From NCBI GenBank assembly GCA_021209525.1, contig JAJOIF010000009.1, forward strand, positions 22,285 to 86,284: a stretch of 64,000 bases of DNA. Reading direction: 5' to 3'. Within the stretch, counting starts at the first letter, position 1, and each line of letters opens with the position of its first letter. The DNA is from Minisyncoccota bacterium. Its GTDB lineage: Bacteria > Patescibacteriota > Minisyncoccia > Phycocordibacterales > UBA1006. The position numbers and the translations under genes were made by a program. The notes beneath the pieces were generated by a model. The model saw nothing but the letters and a program-made list of their open reading frames with translations, did not search any database and was not told the DNA's origin. This document shows positions 15,877-26,901 of the stretch, piece after piece.

Positions 15877-16821
15877 TTATTTTTTCTTGCCGTGGAATTT
15901 TTCGTGAACTTCACGCAGACGCTTGTCTGTAATATGAGTATAAATTTGTGTTGTTGCAATACTTGCATGACCGAGCATTTGCTGCACACTACGGAGGTCA
16001 GCACCATTTTCAAGGAGTCCTGTTGCAAAACTGTGTCGAATAACGTGTGGAGTCACTTTTTTGGATACACCGGCTTTGATGGCGAGTTGTTTCAAAATAC
16101 GCTCAATAGATCGCGGAGAGAGACGCAAACTCTTTTGATCTTCAAGATCCTTGGTAACGCGCGGAGACACTTGCACAAAGAGTGCTTCTTCCATGTCATC
16201 TCTTTTTTCAAGGTATGCGCGCAGGGCATCTCGCGCATCTGAAGAAATAAACACTACGCGAATTTTTTCGCCCTTTCCACGAACAGACAATTCTGATTTT
16301 GAAATATCAATATCACGATTGAGTCCAGCAAGCTCTGATACACGCAATCCCGTTGAAAAGAGAAGTTCGAGAATGGCAGTGTCTCTGAGGCTTTTGAGGT
16401 CATCCCCGCGCACCGCTTGAAACATGCGGTCGAGCTCTTGGGGTGATATGAGATCGAGACTGCGCTCACCCACCTTGGCGAGTTCAATGCGATCCGGCGC
16501 GAGCGAAGCAATGTCGCGTTTCATCATATATTTCAAAAAACTACGGAGCGCAATGAGGTAATAGTTTTGTGTTTTCTTTTTCAGCGTGCTTGTATGTTGT
16601 CCTTTGGTGCGCGCACCCATTTGCCTGTTCAGATGAAGACGAAATTCGCGCACGAGATCATCGGTAATCTCTTGGGGTTCGGTAATATTGGCAAAATCTA
16701 AAAAACGATAGAGGTACCGCTGATAATTATCAACAGTCTTGAGACTGCGCCCTTTTTCTATTTCAACATACTCGAGAAATTGATGCACCAAACTCTGTAT
16801 GCGCGTCTTGTTCTGTGTCAT
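15877..16821 (-). CDS. Tyrosine site-specific recombinase, XerC/XerD family
   Basis: The C-terminus HVIRHSFATGLLENGADLRSVQQMLGHASIATTQIYTH carries the catalytic R-H-R-Y box II. Confidence 0.85.
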   Translation of the reverse strand: MTQNKTRIQSLVHQFLEYVEIEKGRSLKTVDNYQRYLYRFLDFANITEPQEITDDLVREFRLHLNRQMGARTKGQHTSTLKKKTQNYYLIALRSFLKYMMKRDIASLAPDRIELAKVGERSLDLISPQELDRMFQAVRGDDLKSLRDTAILELLFSTGLRVSELAGLNRDIDISKSELSVRGKGEKIRVVFISSDARDALRAYLEKRDDMEEALFVQVSPRVTKDLEDQKSLRLSPRSIERILKQLAIKAGVSKKVTPHVIRHSFATGLLENGADLRSVQQMLGHASIATTQIYTHITDKRLREVHEKFHGKKK

Positions 16822-16852
16822 GTTTTCATTATATCATGTATACTAGAGATAT

Positions 16853-18025
16853 ATGCTATCATTTTTCAGAAAATTCTTATCCAAAAAAACACCCACACCA
16901 CCTCACATCCAAAGCCGCACCGACTTGCGTGGCACATATGTACTGGTGCGCATTGATGTGAATGTGCCTGTGCGAGGCGACGGCTCAGTGAGCGACGATG
17001 ATGCCGTACGTATTTTTGCAACACTTCCTACGCTTCAATTCCTCATAGATCAAGGAGCGAAAATTATTGCTATCAGTCACTGCGGCAATGCGGATGACAC
17101 CTTGGCACCAGTAGCTACATTTATGAAAGATACGTGCAATCTACCAGTAACCTTTATACCTTGTCTCTTTGGGCAAGAAGTAGATGATGCCCTTGCACAG
17201 CTTGGAGAAGGAGAAATACTCCTCTTGGAAAACTTGCGCAATGACGCCCGAGAAAAAAATAATAATCTCAATTTTGCGCGAGCTCTCGCTGCATATGCAG
17301 ATGTGTATGTAAATGAGGCATTTTCAGCATCGCATCGCGAACATGCAAGTATTGTAAGCATTCCACAGGTATTGCCTACATATTTTGGATTTCAGTTTCA
17401 TAAAGAATATACAGCACTCTCAGCTGTGCTCGATCCAAAGCATCCGCTCCTCGTTATTGTGGGTGGTGCTAAATTTGATACAAAACTACCTCTCATCAAT
17501 GCTATGCTCAAGCGCGCAGATACGCTCTTTGTTGGCGGAGCACTTGCCCATACTTTTTTTGTACATCAAGGACACACCATTGGTGCATCGCTCTTTGAAG
17601 CATATGATGCCATTGCAGACCTTGCGAAAAGGTCTTCTGTAATGATACCTCGCGACGTTATAGTTACAACAGGAGAAGAGGTGCGCACCACGACACCTGA
17701 TGCTATTACACCTCTTGAGAAAATTGTCGATCTCGGACCCGCGACTCTTGAAGCGCTCGCTCCACACATCACCAAAGCGCGCACTATTATTTGGAATGGC
17801 CCCTTGGGTTGGTATGAAGGAGGATTTGACGGTGGCACACAGGCGCTCCTTGAAAAAATCGCAGAGGCACCTGGGTTTTCTATTATCGGAGGAGGGGATA
17901 CTGTAGCTGTTGTTCGCGCTCATCATATGGAAGATCGTTTTGGTTTTGTTTCAACAGCAGGCGGTGCCATGCTTGATTTCTTGATTCACGAAACCTTGCC
18001 TGGTATTGATGCGGTGATGAAATAA
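16853..18025 (+). CDS. pgk: Phosphoglycerate kinase
   Basis: The N-terminus reads DLRGTYVLVRIDVNVPV...GAKIIAISH. The C-terminus IIGGGDTVAVV...FVSTAGGAMLDFLIHETLPGIDAV is the PGK signature. Confidence 0.85.
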   Translation: MLSFFRKFLSKKTPTPPHIQSRTDLRGTYVLVRIDVNVPVRGDGSVSDDDAVRIFATLPTLQFLIDQGAKIIAISHCGNADDTLAPVATFMKDTCNLPVTFIPCLFGQEVDDALAQLGEGEILLLENLRNDAREKNNNLNFARALAAYADVYVNEAFSASHREHASIVSIPQVLPTYFGFQFHKEYTALSAVLDPKHPLLVIVGGAKFDTKLPLINAMLKRADTLFVGGALAHTFFVHQGHTIGASLFEAYDAIADLAKRSSVMIPRDVIVTTGEEVRTTTPDAITPLEKIVDLGPATLEALAPHITKARTIIWNGPLGWYEGGFDGGTQALLEKIAEAPGFSIIGGGDTVAVVRAHHMEDRFGFVSTAGGAMLDFLIHETLPGIDAVMK

Positions 18026-18325
18026 TATCACCTTGACCTCTTTGAAGGCCGTGCTATAGTAAAATAAACATGCACCAAATAACATAAGGATGATTATGCG
18101 GTATGGGAACACCCCATAATCTAGCTCCGAGAAGAGTACCTCCATCAACCAGTGTAGATGCTACAAAAAACGCGTGTCGTGAACACCTTATACATACAGG
18201 TAAACTCTGCTAGCTCTTTTGATGCATGGGCGCCTTGTACACAAGTACAAGGCGTTTTTGTTACTGATTTACTTTCAGGCAAAAATTCAAACTTAACCAT
18301 TGACAAATAACCCTAAAAATCTATA

Positions 18326-19252
18326 GTGTACATAATATATTCATTGACAACTAAAAAAGAATTTATGATCCACTCTACAGAAAACAGTCAATTATTATTG
18401 ACACGTGAACAGCTCGACACATTATGTGCGGGCGGACATATTAAAATAGATACGCCTCTTTTGTTTTGGGAATTACAACATCTCATTAATAATGGAATGG
18501 TGGATCTGAGCACAGACCCAAACAGGCACGCATGGTCAACAGACAGCGCGCGAACTGACGGGGGAGACCCTGACAAAAATTATATTTTGCGCACAGGGGC
18601 CGATAAAGACGCTAAACATATTTTTCAATACAGAAATGCTACAGAGCAAGAAATTACAGCCGCTGGTATTACCTGTACAGAAACACAAACAAAGATGCTC
18701 AATGCTATGTATGAAATGCATATATGGAGCATGAACACTGCAAAAATTCTGTGGGGTCAATTACGAAATCATCTCAAAGAAACCTATGGCATGAGTATTT
18801 CAACAGATATAGATGTTGGGTCGTCTCTCTTGAGGTCGCTCTATTATCTACCAGAAAAAGAATTCTATGCAGAACCACACATTGATCTAGGACTACTTAC
18901 CATTGCATTTCCTGATATGGATACGTTCGGTAAACCATCACCAGGGCTTATTATGCCCGGCATGACAAAACCTTATAAGCACAGTAACAACAAAGCTTTG
19001 GTATTTTTAGGAGGCAAGGCATCAATGCTCACTCTGCCCTATATTAATAAAAAATTATTACTTGCCGAAGATTTGAAAGATGCAGTATTGCAGCCCGCAT
19101 TACATGGTGCCGTACGCAACACATCTCATCAACCACGTTTTACGCAAGTATATTTTGCACACTGCGATGTAGGTTTAGATCTTGATGAACTGGGTCTTCT
19201 CTTTAAAGAATATTATGTGCAAAGAGCTAGAGAGCTCTCATTTTATCCTTAA
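18326..19252 (+). CDS. Hypothetical protein; possible 2OG-Fe(II)-oxygenase-like fold (HxD motif EPHIDLG)
   Basis: The motif is weak and this is a tentative call. Confidence 0.35.
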   Translation: MYIIYSLTTKKEFMIHSTENSQLLLTREQLDTLCAGGHIKIDTPLLFWELQHLINNGMVDLSTDPNRHAWSTDSARTDGGDPDKNYILRTGADKDAKHIFQYRNATEQEITAAGITCTETQTKMLNAMYEMHIWSMNTAKILWGQLRNHLKETYGMSISTDIDVGSSLLRSLYYLPEKEFYAEPHIDLGLLTIAFPDMDTFGKPSPGLIMPGMTKPYKHSNNKALVFLGGKASMLTLPYINKKLLLAEDLKDAVLQPALHGAVRNTSHQPRFTQVYFAHCDVGLDLDELGLLFKEYYVQRARELSFYP

Positions 19253-19290
19253 AAATCACAAAAAATGCCTCATTATATTGAGGTATTTTA

Positions 19291-19665
19291 TTATTCCAAG
19301 ACTTGTTGTATGCGCTGAGCATGGTGCGCAAAATCTTTTTCCGTGCCGTCATGTGGTAAGTCAGGCCACAACCAAACATGAGCATGAGAAATCTCTTCTC
19401 CATAGATTTGACTGCGAATGAGATCAATACCATACGCACGCTGTAATGCTTGGGCAATCTTTTGTACAATACGAAAATATCCCTCAATGTCATTACTGTC
19501 CCACACCCAACGCATATGCTCTTTTGGTATCACTTGCACATGACCAGGCGCTCGCGGGAAAATATCGAGAAAAGCAATATAAGATTCATCTTCATATATA
19601 ACATACGCAGAAATCTCTTTATCAATAATTTTACAAAAAATACAGTTTTCCTTGAATTCGTTCAT
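19291..19665 (-). CDS. HIT-family hydrolase
   Basis: MNEFKENCIFCKII...HVQVIPKEH...HAHVWLWP carries the histidine triad H-x-H-x-H. The start is the internal ATG at 19665. Confidence 0.8.
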   Translation of the reverse strand: MNEFKENCIFCKIIDKEISAYVIYEDESYIAFLDIFPRAPGHVQVIPKEHMRWVWDSNDIEGYFRIVQKIAQALQRAYGIDLIRSQIYGEEISHAHVWLWPDLPHDGTEKDFAHHAQRIQQVLE

Positions 19666-19684
19666 GGTATAAGTATATGCTACA

Positions 19685-21424
19685 ATGCACGCTATGGCAA
19701 AACAATCAGACATTCCTCATATACCTCTTGATGTGCAAAATGCTCTCGGGGATTTGCACCCGCTTCAAAAAATACTCCTCTTTCGTCGGGGGATAACAAC
19801 CTATGAAGCAGCCCAAGCATTTCTAGAGCCATCATATGAACATCATGTACATGACCCATTTCTCTTGCCCGACATAGATCAGGCAGTGGCGCGCATATGC
19901 ACAGCCCTTGAGCGTAATGAGAAAATTGCACTGTATGCTGACTTTGATGCGGATGGTATTCCTGGCGCAGTCATATTGCATGATATTTTTAAAAAACTTA
20001 CCCATGAAAATCTCGTCATCTATATACCTCATCGCCACGAAGAAGGATATGGTGTGCACATGCCCGCACTTAAACAATTACACAAAGATGGTGTCTCGCT
20101 TATTATCACTATTGATGTAGGCATCACGTATGCATCAGAAATTGCTTGGGCTCAAGAAAATGGCATGGATGTTATCGTAACTGACCACCATGAACCCCAA
20201 GATATTATTCCGCCAGCGCATGCAGTTATCAATCCAAAACTCAATGCGTATCCTGATCCTATGATTTGCGGTGCTGCTGTTGCATGGAAATTAGGCTGCG
20301 CACTTATTGCAACACTGCGCACAAACAATGATACACGCGTACAAGATATTCCTGAGGGTTGGGAAAAATGGCTCCTTGATATGGTAGGTATTGCAACAAT
20401 ATCTGACTTGGTGCCACTCATTCACGAGAACCGAGCGCTCGCACACTATGGTCTGCATGTGCTCAGAAAAAATAAACGCCCGAGTTTACGCGCCCTTTTC
20501 CAAGAATTGAGACTGGGTACTCAGACACTTACCGAAGAAGATATTGCTTTCAGTGTGACACCGCGCCTCAACGCTGCGTCACGCATGGCTCATCCTCGTG
20601 ATGCTTTTGCATTTCTCATTGCAGAAAATAGAGAGATAGCGCATATGCATGTAACACATCTAGGTACTCTCAATGATGCACGTAAAAAACTCGTAGCGAG
20701 TATCGTCAAAAAAGCACATGCAAAACTACGCGCGCGTAATGATCTGCCTCCCATTATTGTTATTGGCGACCCTAATTGGAATACCGGCGTTGCAGGACTG
20801 GTCGCAACAAAAATTGCCGAACACTATGAACGCCCTGCATTTGTGTGGAGCAAGGAAGGAGACACCATCAAAGGATCTTGCCGAGGTTATAATGGCATTA
20901 GTGTTGTTGAGCTCATGGAGCATGCAACAGAGCACACTTTTTTACAATATGGCGGACACAGCGGCGCCGGTGGATTTTCTGTAGATCTTGAAAAAGTGCA
21001 CACACTTGAACAATCACTCACTGCAAGTTATGAGAGCATATACCCCAATGGTTTTGATGGTGAAATAGTTGCAGGGCACCACATTGATACACACCTGACT
21101 TTGGATGCGGTAACTATGGAAACATATCGCATTATTGAAAGTTGCGCACCGTATGGTATGGCGAATCCAAAACCTACTTTTCTATTTGAACATATCACTA
21201 TAGATTCAGTACGCATGTTCGGCAAGACCAAAGAACATCTTGAGATTATAGTGCGCGATGACACACACCCCAAAGGCGTCAAAGCTATTGCATTCTATGC
21301 ACACACAGAAACATTTACTGAAACAGTGCTCGAGGGACGAACTTGCTCGCTCGTTGCGCAATTTGATTATTCAATATTTCGCGGAAAAAGTGAATTACGT
21401 CTCAAGATTGTTGATATTGTATAA
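19685..21424 (+). CDS. recJ: Single-stranded-DNA-specific exonuclease RecJ (DHH/DHHA1)
   Basis: The DHH motifs are YADFDADGIPGAVIL and ITIDVGI...VIVTDHH, and the C-terminal GGHSGAGGFS is the DHHA1 motif. Confidence 0.85.
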   Translation: MHAMAKQSDIPHIPLDVQNALGDLHPLQKILLFRRGITTYEAAQAFLEPSYEHHVHDPFLLPDIDQAVARICTALERNEKIALYADFDADGIPGAVILHDIFKKLTHENLVIYIPHRHEEGYGVHMPALKQLHKDGVSLIITIDVGITYASEIAWAQENGMDVIVTDHHEPQDIIPPAHAVINPKLNAYPDPMICGAAVAWKLGCALIATLRTNNDTRVQDIPEGWEKWLLDMVGIATISDLVPLIHENRALAHYGLHVLRKNKRPSLRALFQELRLGTQTLTEEDIAFSVTPRLNAASRMAHPRDAFAFLIAENREIAHMHVTHLGTLNDARKKLVASIVKKAHAKLRARNDLPPIIVIGDPNWNTGVAGLVATKIAEHYERPAFVWSKEGDTIKGSCRGYNGISVVELMEHATEHTFLQYGGHSGAGGFSVDLEKVHTLEQSLTASYESIYPNGFDGEIVAGHHIDTHLTLDAVTMETYRIIESCAPYGMANPKPTFLFEHITIDSVRMFGKTKEHLEIIVRDDTHPKGVKAIAFYAHTETFTETVLEGRTCSLVAQFDYSIFRGKSELRLKIVDIV

Positions 21425-21497
21425 AGGAAAGATATTGCCTTGACCAAAACTCTTCTGTAAGTATGATGGGTAGAAATAACTTTTAAAAATTAATAGG

Positions 21498-22898
21498 ATG
21501 AACACACTTCAAGAAACACTTTGTTCTGTTGCTAATATTGCACTACAAAATATCCAAACACAAGCCTCAAATCGCAACGACATTACCACTGAAAATTATT
21601 TTGGTTTTAAGATTAAGCGACCACAACATATACACGATCGAGTTGCCGAAGGTCAAAAAATACAAAAAATTATTGACTGGCAGCAAGCAGCTCAAGAAGT
21701 GAATGAAATGATTACATCACGAGGATTACAGAAGCCTTTGGCAATTGTTCCCAAAAAAGTTTTTGATACAATACTCGAACTGATGGAAATTACTGATTTC
21801 AAAAATGCACTAAAGGAAAATGGTAATATCTATATTCCACCGATGGTCATTGAAACTGCATTTTCACTATTTGATCCTATTGCACACATATCAAATCCTA
21901 GCTGGGATGTGTCAATACAAGAAATCAAGAAGGTTCTTTTTTATAAAAAGTACCCTTATCTTGAAAAGGCCGCAAGATTCCTTTGTGTGAAAGAAAAAAT
22001 CTTAAAGAGTCTTCAGGAAAAGTCGTGGGATTTTGATGTTGAGCACACAGAAGCATGGAGATCTTTACCTCCCGGTATCTCTATTAAAAAAGAAGACTTT
22101 GGTCTTCCTCAATTGACGGATGAGTATACTGTTTATTTACGCCTGCTCTGCGCCCTCAGTAAAGATATGAACCCTCACGGCAGTATGATAGCAATGATGC
22201 AAAAAACGCCTTTTGTGCAAAAAGAATTTTTATTTAAAAATGATGAAAAATCTCATATCAATCGATGGGTTTTTTCAATTAAAAAACACTCTCGATACGA
22301 TATTATGAAGCATGTGCTCTCTTGTATTCAAGAAAGTAATTATCTTGAACCTTCAGCGCAAGAGCTTGATTTTCTTAAACAAGAAAAAGCATCTTTTGCA
22401 TCTCAGGTACACTTTGAAAAACTTCCTCAGAATATTGAAGATATTCTCATGGGAGTCAAAGAAAAATTTCCTTCATGGCATGTCTCTGTTGCATGTGATC
22501 CGTATTTCTTTTCCATCACCTCGCCTTTGGGTAAGGATTTTTGGAAATACGCCCAAGAGCGCGCGGATTATTGGCGGGGGAAATACGCTGAGGCAGATGC
22601 TATGGTTTTGGAATTTTTGACTAATTCAGAGAAATGGAAACAAGCTCTCATTGATCAAGGTATTTCATTCGCAGGAACTATATCAAGCCAGCAAATGTAC
22701 GAAGATATTCGCGATGGTAAATGGGCGGATGATAAAGATCCTATCTTTTACACACCTGTTAAACATACCTACCATCACACAAAATATGACATGGTGGTTG
22801 TATGGACTCAATATGGAAAAAGCCCCAAAGAAGCTGACGCGATTGCATATTTGCAAGCACTCACCGCAGCAGATTTTGAAGGGTTCATGAACATGTAA
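21498..22898 (+). CDS. Hypothetical protein (466 aa)
   Basis: This is a long open frame with no recognised domain. Confidence 0.5.
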   Translation: MNTLQETLCSVANIALQNIQTQASNRNDITTENYFGFKIKRPQHIHDRVAEGQKIQKIIDWQQAAQEVNEMITSRGLQKPLAIVPKKVFDTILELMEITDFKNALKENGNIYIPPMVIETAFSLFDPIAHISNPSWDVSIQEIKKVLFYKKYPYLEKAARFLCVKEKILKSLQEKSWDFDVEHTEAWRSLPPGISIKKEDFGLPQLTDEYTVYLRLLCALSKDMNPHGSMIAMMQKTPFVQKEFLFKNDEKSHINRWVFSIKKHSRYDIMKHVLSCIQESNYLEPSAQELDFLKQEKASFASQVHFEKLPQNIEDILMGVKEKFPSWHVSVACDPYFFSITSPLGKDFWKYAQERADYWRGKYAEADAMVLEFLTNSEKWKQALIDQGISFAGTISSQQMYEDIRDGKWADDKDPIFYTPVKHTYHHTKYDMVVVWTQYGKSPKEADAIAYLQALTAADFEGFMNM

Positions 22899-22948
22899 CA
22901 CAAAAGCCAGATATTCTCTGGCTTTTATTTATAGGTAAGTTTTTATGT

Positions 22949-23257
22949 TTAAGCTAATGCAATTACCGCAACCGCCAGAGCAAGCATGATGAGCGCAGGC
23001 GCTGTTTGCATTAATGAATCTTTAATTTTAATATGCATCGCTATAGCGCCCATCATCATAATAAGGAGCGCAAGCGCACTAGGCACCACAAGTAGAGGAA
23101 TGATAATCCCCACCAAAAGCGCTGTTGCGGCAATGAGCTTTATTCCTCCGACAACATATACTGACCATAAGGGAAGTCCGTACGCCTTAAATTCGTCAAC
23201 AATATTACCAGCATGAGCACCTCGGTATGCTGTTTTTTTCTTGGGCGAATAATCCAT
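22949..23257 (-). CDS. DoxX-like small membrane protein (resembles the C-terminal half of DoxX)
   Basis: AYGLPLWSVYVVGGIKLIAATALLVG...MMMGAIAMHIKIKD matches the DoxX pattern. Confidence 0.4.
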   Translation of the reverse strand: MDYSPKKKTAYRGAHAGNIVDEFKAYGLPLWSVYVVGGIKLIAATALLVGIIIPLLVVPSALALLIMMMGAIAMHIKIKDSLMQTAPALIMLALAVAVIALA

Positions 23258-23408
23258 ACATTATAAATTCCTAAACTGATAATTATTTGTAATATGATTA
23301 TGATAGTATCCATGCGTATCAGTATACCTTATTTTTTCTCTACACCACAGAGATTATTGACTTTATTTAAAAAAAGTATTATTTTTAAATAAATACAACC
23401 TTACTATT

Positions 23409-23912
23409 ATGAATACACAACAAACTCCGAGCCTTATCGACAATGTCATGGTTCCTCTGTGTGATATGGATGATCACCAAGTGACATGGATTAAACCATC
23501 GCTCATTTTCACATGGATGGGTTTTTGGCTCATTCCCAAAAAAAACAAGGCATGGTGCCTTGCTTCAGAAGAAAGAATCAGAGAAGAGTATCTGTTTTCA
23601 ATATGTAAAGTCAATGCTCTTCCCAAAAACTATGCATATATTTTTGGAGGACCCTTACAATCAAAAATGATTCTGGAAAACAAACACATGATTCACGAAA
23701 CAAATGGTTACATTGTACTCAACGTAGATGTTAAAAAAATTGTAGATAGGTGTACTGATGAAACTTTTTTAACAAACCAAAAACTCTCTGCCATATTGGC
23801 TGGTTTATTCTTGAAGGTACCCCATCATGTACTCTCTGATATTAGAGAAACAGCGGCTGGAGCTGAAGCATATACCCTTGCTTCTTTGGCACGCAATTCC
23901 TGTGCAGTATAA
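23409..23912 (+). CDS. Hypothetical protein
   Basis: The only support is the open frame. Confidence 0.4.
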   Translation: MNTQQTPSLIDNVMVPLCDMDDHQVTWIKPSLIFTWMGFWLIPKKNKAWCLASEERIREEYLFSICKVNALPKNYAYIFGGPLQSKMILENKHMIHETNGYIVLNVDVKKIVDRCTDETFLTNQKLSAILAGLFLKVPHHVLSDIRETAAGAEAYTLASLARNSCAV

Positions 23913-23991
23913 CTATACCGCACCATCTTAAACACCTCGCACTATGTTGCGGGGTTTTTTATTTATCTCAAAAAAATGTTATACTCTTTTT

Positions 23992-24762
23992 ATGAATACT
24001 CTTGATTCACACTTATATATCTTTACCGATGGATCTGCTCTTGGGAATCCGGGCAAGGGAGGATATGGGGCACTGCTCATCTTTGAACAACTTGATGAAA
24101 TTATTGAATTAGGAGGCGCCAAACCACACACCACCAACAATGAGATGGAGCTGAGTGCAATTATCGCAGCGCTTGCCTATGCGAGTCACAATATTGCACC
24201 TACAACTATTTTTACTGACTCATCGTATGTGGTTAATGGTATTACGCAATGGGTACATAATTGGGAAAAAAATAATTGGCGCACCCAAGACAAAAATCCA
24301 GTAGCGCACCAACCACTCTGGGAACAACTCCTTAATTTGGTGCGTGCACGAGAACAAGAAGCACCGCTCACCTGGAAATTAGTACCGAGCCATGTAGGCA
24401 TTGCGGGTAATGAACGTGTAGATACTATTGCAACCACTTATGCAGAGGGGCGGAATCCTACGCTCTATCGTGGTAATTTGTCGCAATACCCTCACGCACT
24501 CTTTCCATTACCATCAGATGCTGATATTCAAGCAAAACGATCAGAAAAGAGAGCTGCAAACCCTTCATCATCAGGATCATCAAAAGCATATAGCTATCTC
24601 TCTCTTGTAGATGATGTTGTCATGCGTCATGATAATTGGCTTGACTGCAAGGTCCGCGTAGACGGCAAAAAAGCACTTTTTCGTAAAGCGCTCTCGGCAG
24701 AACATGAGCAAGAAATATGTACCGCATGGGGAGTACCGCTTCCTCCACACGATACTGTATAA
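23992..24762 (+). CDS. rnhA: Ribonuclease HI with a C-terminal extension of about 105 aa
   Basis: IFTDGSALGNPGKGGYGALL...NNEMELSAIIAAL...FTDSSYVV...VPSHVGIAGNERVD supplies the DEDD catalytic residues. The start is the internal ATG. Confidence 0.8.
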   Translation: MNTLDSHLYIFTDGSALGNPGKGGYGALLIFEQLDEIIELGGAKPHTTNNEMELSAIIAALAYASHNIAPTTIFTDSSYVVNGITQWVHNWEKNNWRTQDKNPVAHQPLWEQLLNLVRAREQEAPLTWKLVPSHVGIAGNERVDTIATTYAEGRNPTLYRGNLSQYPHALFPLPSDADIQAKRSEKRAANPSSSGSSKAYSYLSLVDDVVMRHDNWLDCKVRVDGKKALFRKALSAEHEQEICTAWGVPLPPHDTV

Positions 24763-24828
24763 ATAGCATTCACCCTTTGTGGGTGAATTTTATTTTTTAC
24801 TGAACGTATCTATGCTCTTATACAAAGC

Positions 24829-26325
24829 ATGCAGAAGACGCATATATTTTCTTTGACTGTTGGTGTTATTATAGGAATTATACTTGGATACATAACGCCC
24901 TTTGCGCTTTTTTGGGTGCTGTGCTCTATAAGTCTAGGTGTTATTATAGGAATTATCGCGTACACGTATCCGCCGCACACCCACGCGCGAACCTATCTCT
25001 ACATACTCAGTATATGCTGTATAGGATGCGGGGTGGGAGCGATGAGGAGTCATGTCTTTCATCAAACTCTTGACCCTGAACTTGATGCAAGGGCCGGCAC
25101 GCGTGTGCACCTCATTGGACATATTGATGAAATAGAAGAACGAGCGCATAATCAACGAACAATTTTGTATGCACACACACTCATTGATGGAGAAGACCGT
25201 ATTCCCATTCATGAAAAAATACATGTCAGTTTTGATTATGGCACGACTCTTGATTTTGGTGATGAAGCATCTGTACAAGGGGTACTCAAAAAACCAGAAG
25301 GGTTTATTACAGATACGGGGAGATTATTTGCGTATGATCAATTTCTCGCAAAAGATACCATATATGCGACCATTTCTTTTGCAGAAGTAAATCGAGAAAG
25401 TGTTGGACGACGAACCGTACGGAGTAGGCTCATACTTCTCAAGAAAAATATGCGCCTGCGCATACTCCGCATCTTTCCAGAAAAAGAAGGGTCTTTCTTG
25501 GTAGGAATTATTCTCGGCGAAAAACATTTTATTCACTCGGATGTGCAAACATCATTTCGAAAATCTGGGCTCATACATATATTGGTGCTCTCTGGGTTTC
25601 ATATAACCATGATATCACTTGCCATACTATGGTGTATGCGCCTCATATTTCCTCTACGCCTAGCGCTCGCAATTAATGGCATCATTATTGTGCTTTTTAT
25701 CCTTATGGTGGGTGCAAGCGCAACCATCATACGCGCAGGAGGTATGGCAATGATTGCTCTCATTGCACGCATATTAGAACGCGAACATATAGGTATGCGC
25801 GGTCTCCTTATGGTGGGGACAGGTATGATGATACATAATCCGCGCATCCTCCTTTGGGATGTATCATTTCAGCTTTCTTTTTTAGCAACGCTCGGATTAA
25901 TTATTTACTCGCCATTTTTTGCAAAAAAATTACAAGGCATTCCTCAGTTTTTTAATATACGCGAAACAATGAGCGCAACGCTGTCTGCTCAAATCTTTGT
26001 CACACCGCTCATTATGTACCAAATGGGTGAGATATCTCTCATATCAATTATCGCTAATGTGCTCATTGTACCACTCACTGCATTTTCTATGATTTTTGGA
26101 AGTATTGCAGGTATTACTGGCGAAATACTCCCCATATTACAACCTTTCATACGATTACCTGCATATGCAAGCGCGCATCTTCAAATTACAGGGGCAGAAA
26201 TTATGGGATCACTTCCTTTTGCATCTATTTATGTGCCCCGTTTTTCATTCTTTTTCCTTGTTATAATCTATATACCTATCCTGTGGATAAGTTGGTATGT
26301 GTATAAAAAACAGAGCACTCCATAA
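24829..26325 (+). CDS. comEC: ComEC/Rec2-family DNA-uptake channel protein (no metallo-beta-lactamase domain)
   Basis: FLVGIILGEKHFIHSDVQTSFRKSGLIHILVLSGFHITMISL is the ComEC competence-domain signature. Confidence 0.8.
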   Translation: MQKTHIFSLTVGVIIGIILGYITPFALFWVLCSISLGVIIGIIAYTYPPHTHARTYLYILSICCIGCGVGAMRSHVFHQTLDPELDARAGTRVHLIGHIDEIEERAHNQRTILYAHTLIDGEDRIPIHEKIHVSFDYGTTLDFGDEASVQGVLKKPEGFITDTGRLFAYDQFLAKDTIYATISFAEVNRESVGRRTVRSRLILLKKNMRLRILRIFPEKEGSFLVGIILGEKHFIHSDVQTSFRKSGLIHILVLSGFHITMISLAILWCMRLIFPLRLALAINGIIIVLFILMVGASATIIRAGGMAMIALIARILEREHIGMRGLLMVGTGMMIHNPRILLWDVSFQLSFLATLGLIIYSPFFAKKLQGIPQFFNIRETMSATLSAQIFVTPLIMYQMGEISLISIIANVLIVPLTAFSMIFGSIAGITGEILPILQPFIRLPAYASAHLQITGAEIMGSLPFASIYVPRFSFFFLVIIYIPILWISWYVYKKQSTP

Positions 26326-26466
26326 TACGTCCAAAGAATAAAAAGCTGAGATTTAAAAACCCGCGCAATAGAAGCGCAGGTCATGAAAATTAATATACTC
26401 CTTATAATATAAGGGTTTTATAAAAGACATAGAAATATGTCGTATAGAAGAATACTGCATTGTCTT

Positions 26467-26808
26467 TTATTTTTTAGTACGCGTAGCAATACTCACAACA
26501 AAGATGAGCGTAAAAACACAAGCAAATACCATTGCTTGTGTTTTGAGAGATGTAAACATTTGCATATCTTTCTTGCCTATTTTAAAAAACAAGATAGTAA
26601 TACATATAAAAATAACAGCGAGAGATACTCCCCCGAAGACAGAGTGACGATGATTACGTCTCATGAGAATAATAAGGTTTAGTTTCACAATCAAGTGTAC
26701 TATAAAAATACCAGGTTGTATACTCGCTATTACCAGCACAATTATTTTGTTTATATCTTGCGCCTTATATTTTGCTACCCCATCACTTGACTTCACTTGC
26801 TTATTCAT
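26467..26808 (-). CDS. Hypothetical small membrane protein
   Basis: The ORF is hydrophobic and lies in an otherwise empty 570-bp gap upstream of rpsS. Confidence 0.3.
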   Translation of the reverse strand: MNKQVKSSDGVAKYKAQDINKIIVLVIASIQPGIFIVHLIVKLNLIILMRRNHRHSVFGGVSLAVIFICITILFFKIGKKDMQMFTSLKTQAMVFACVFTLIFVVSIATRTKK

Positions 26809-26901
26809 ATACTATACAACCCACTTGATTAGCAAGTAAATATCAAGAAACGGCAGAACCCTTCGGGGCGCACCTGTCATTTTATTTTTTTTATTATATA
26901 T

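Noticed and set aside
26282-26290. DnaA box TGTGGATAA inside comEC
   Set aside because: It is a single occurrence inside a coding region, which is consistent with chance.
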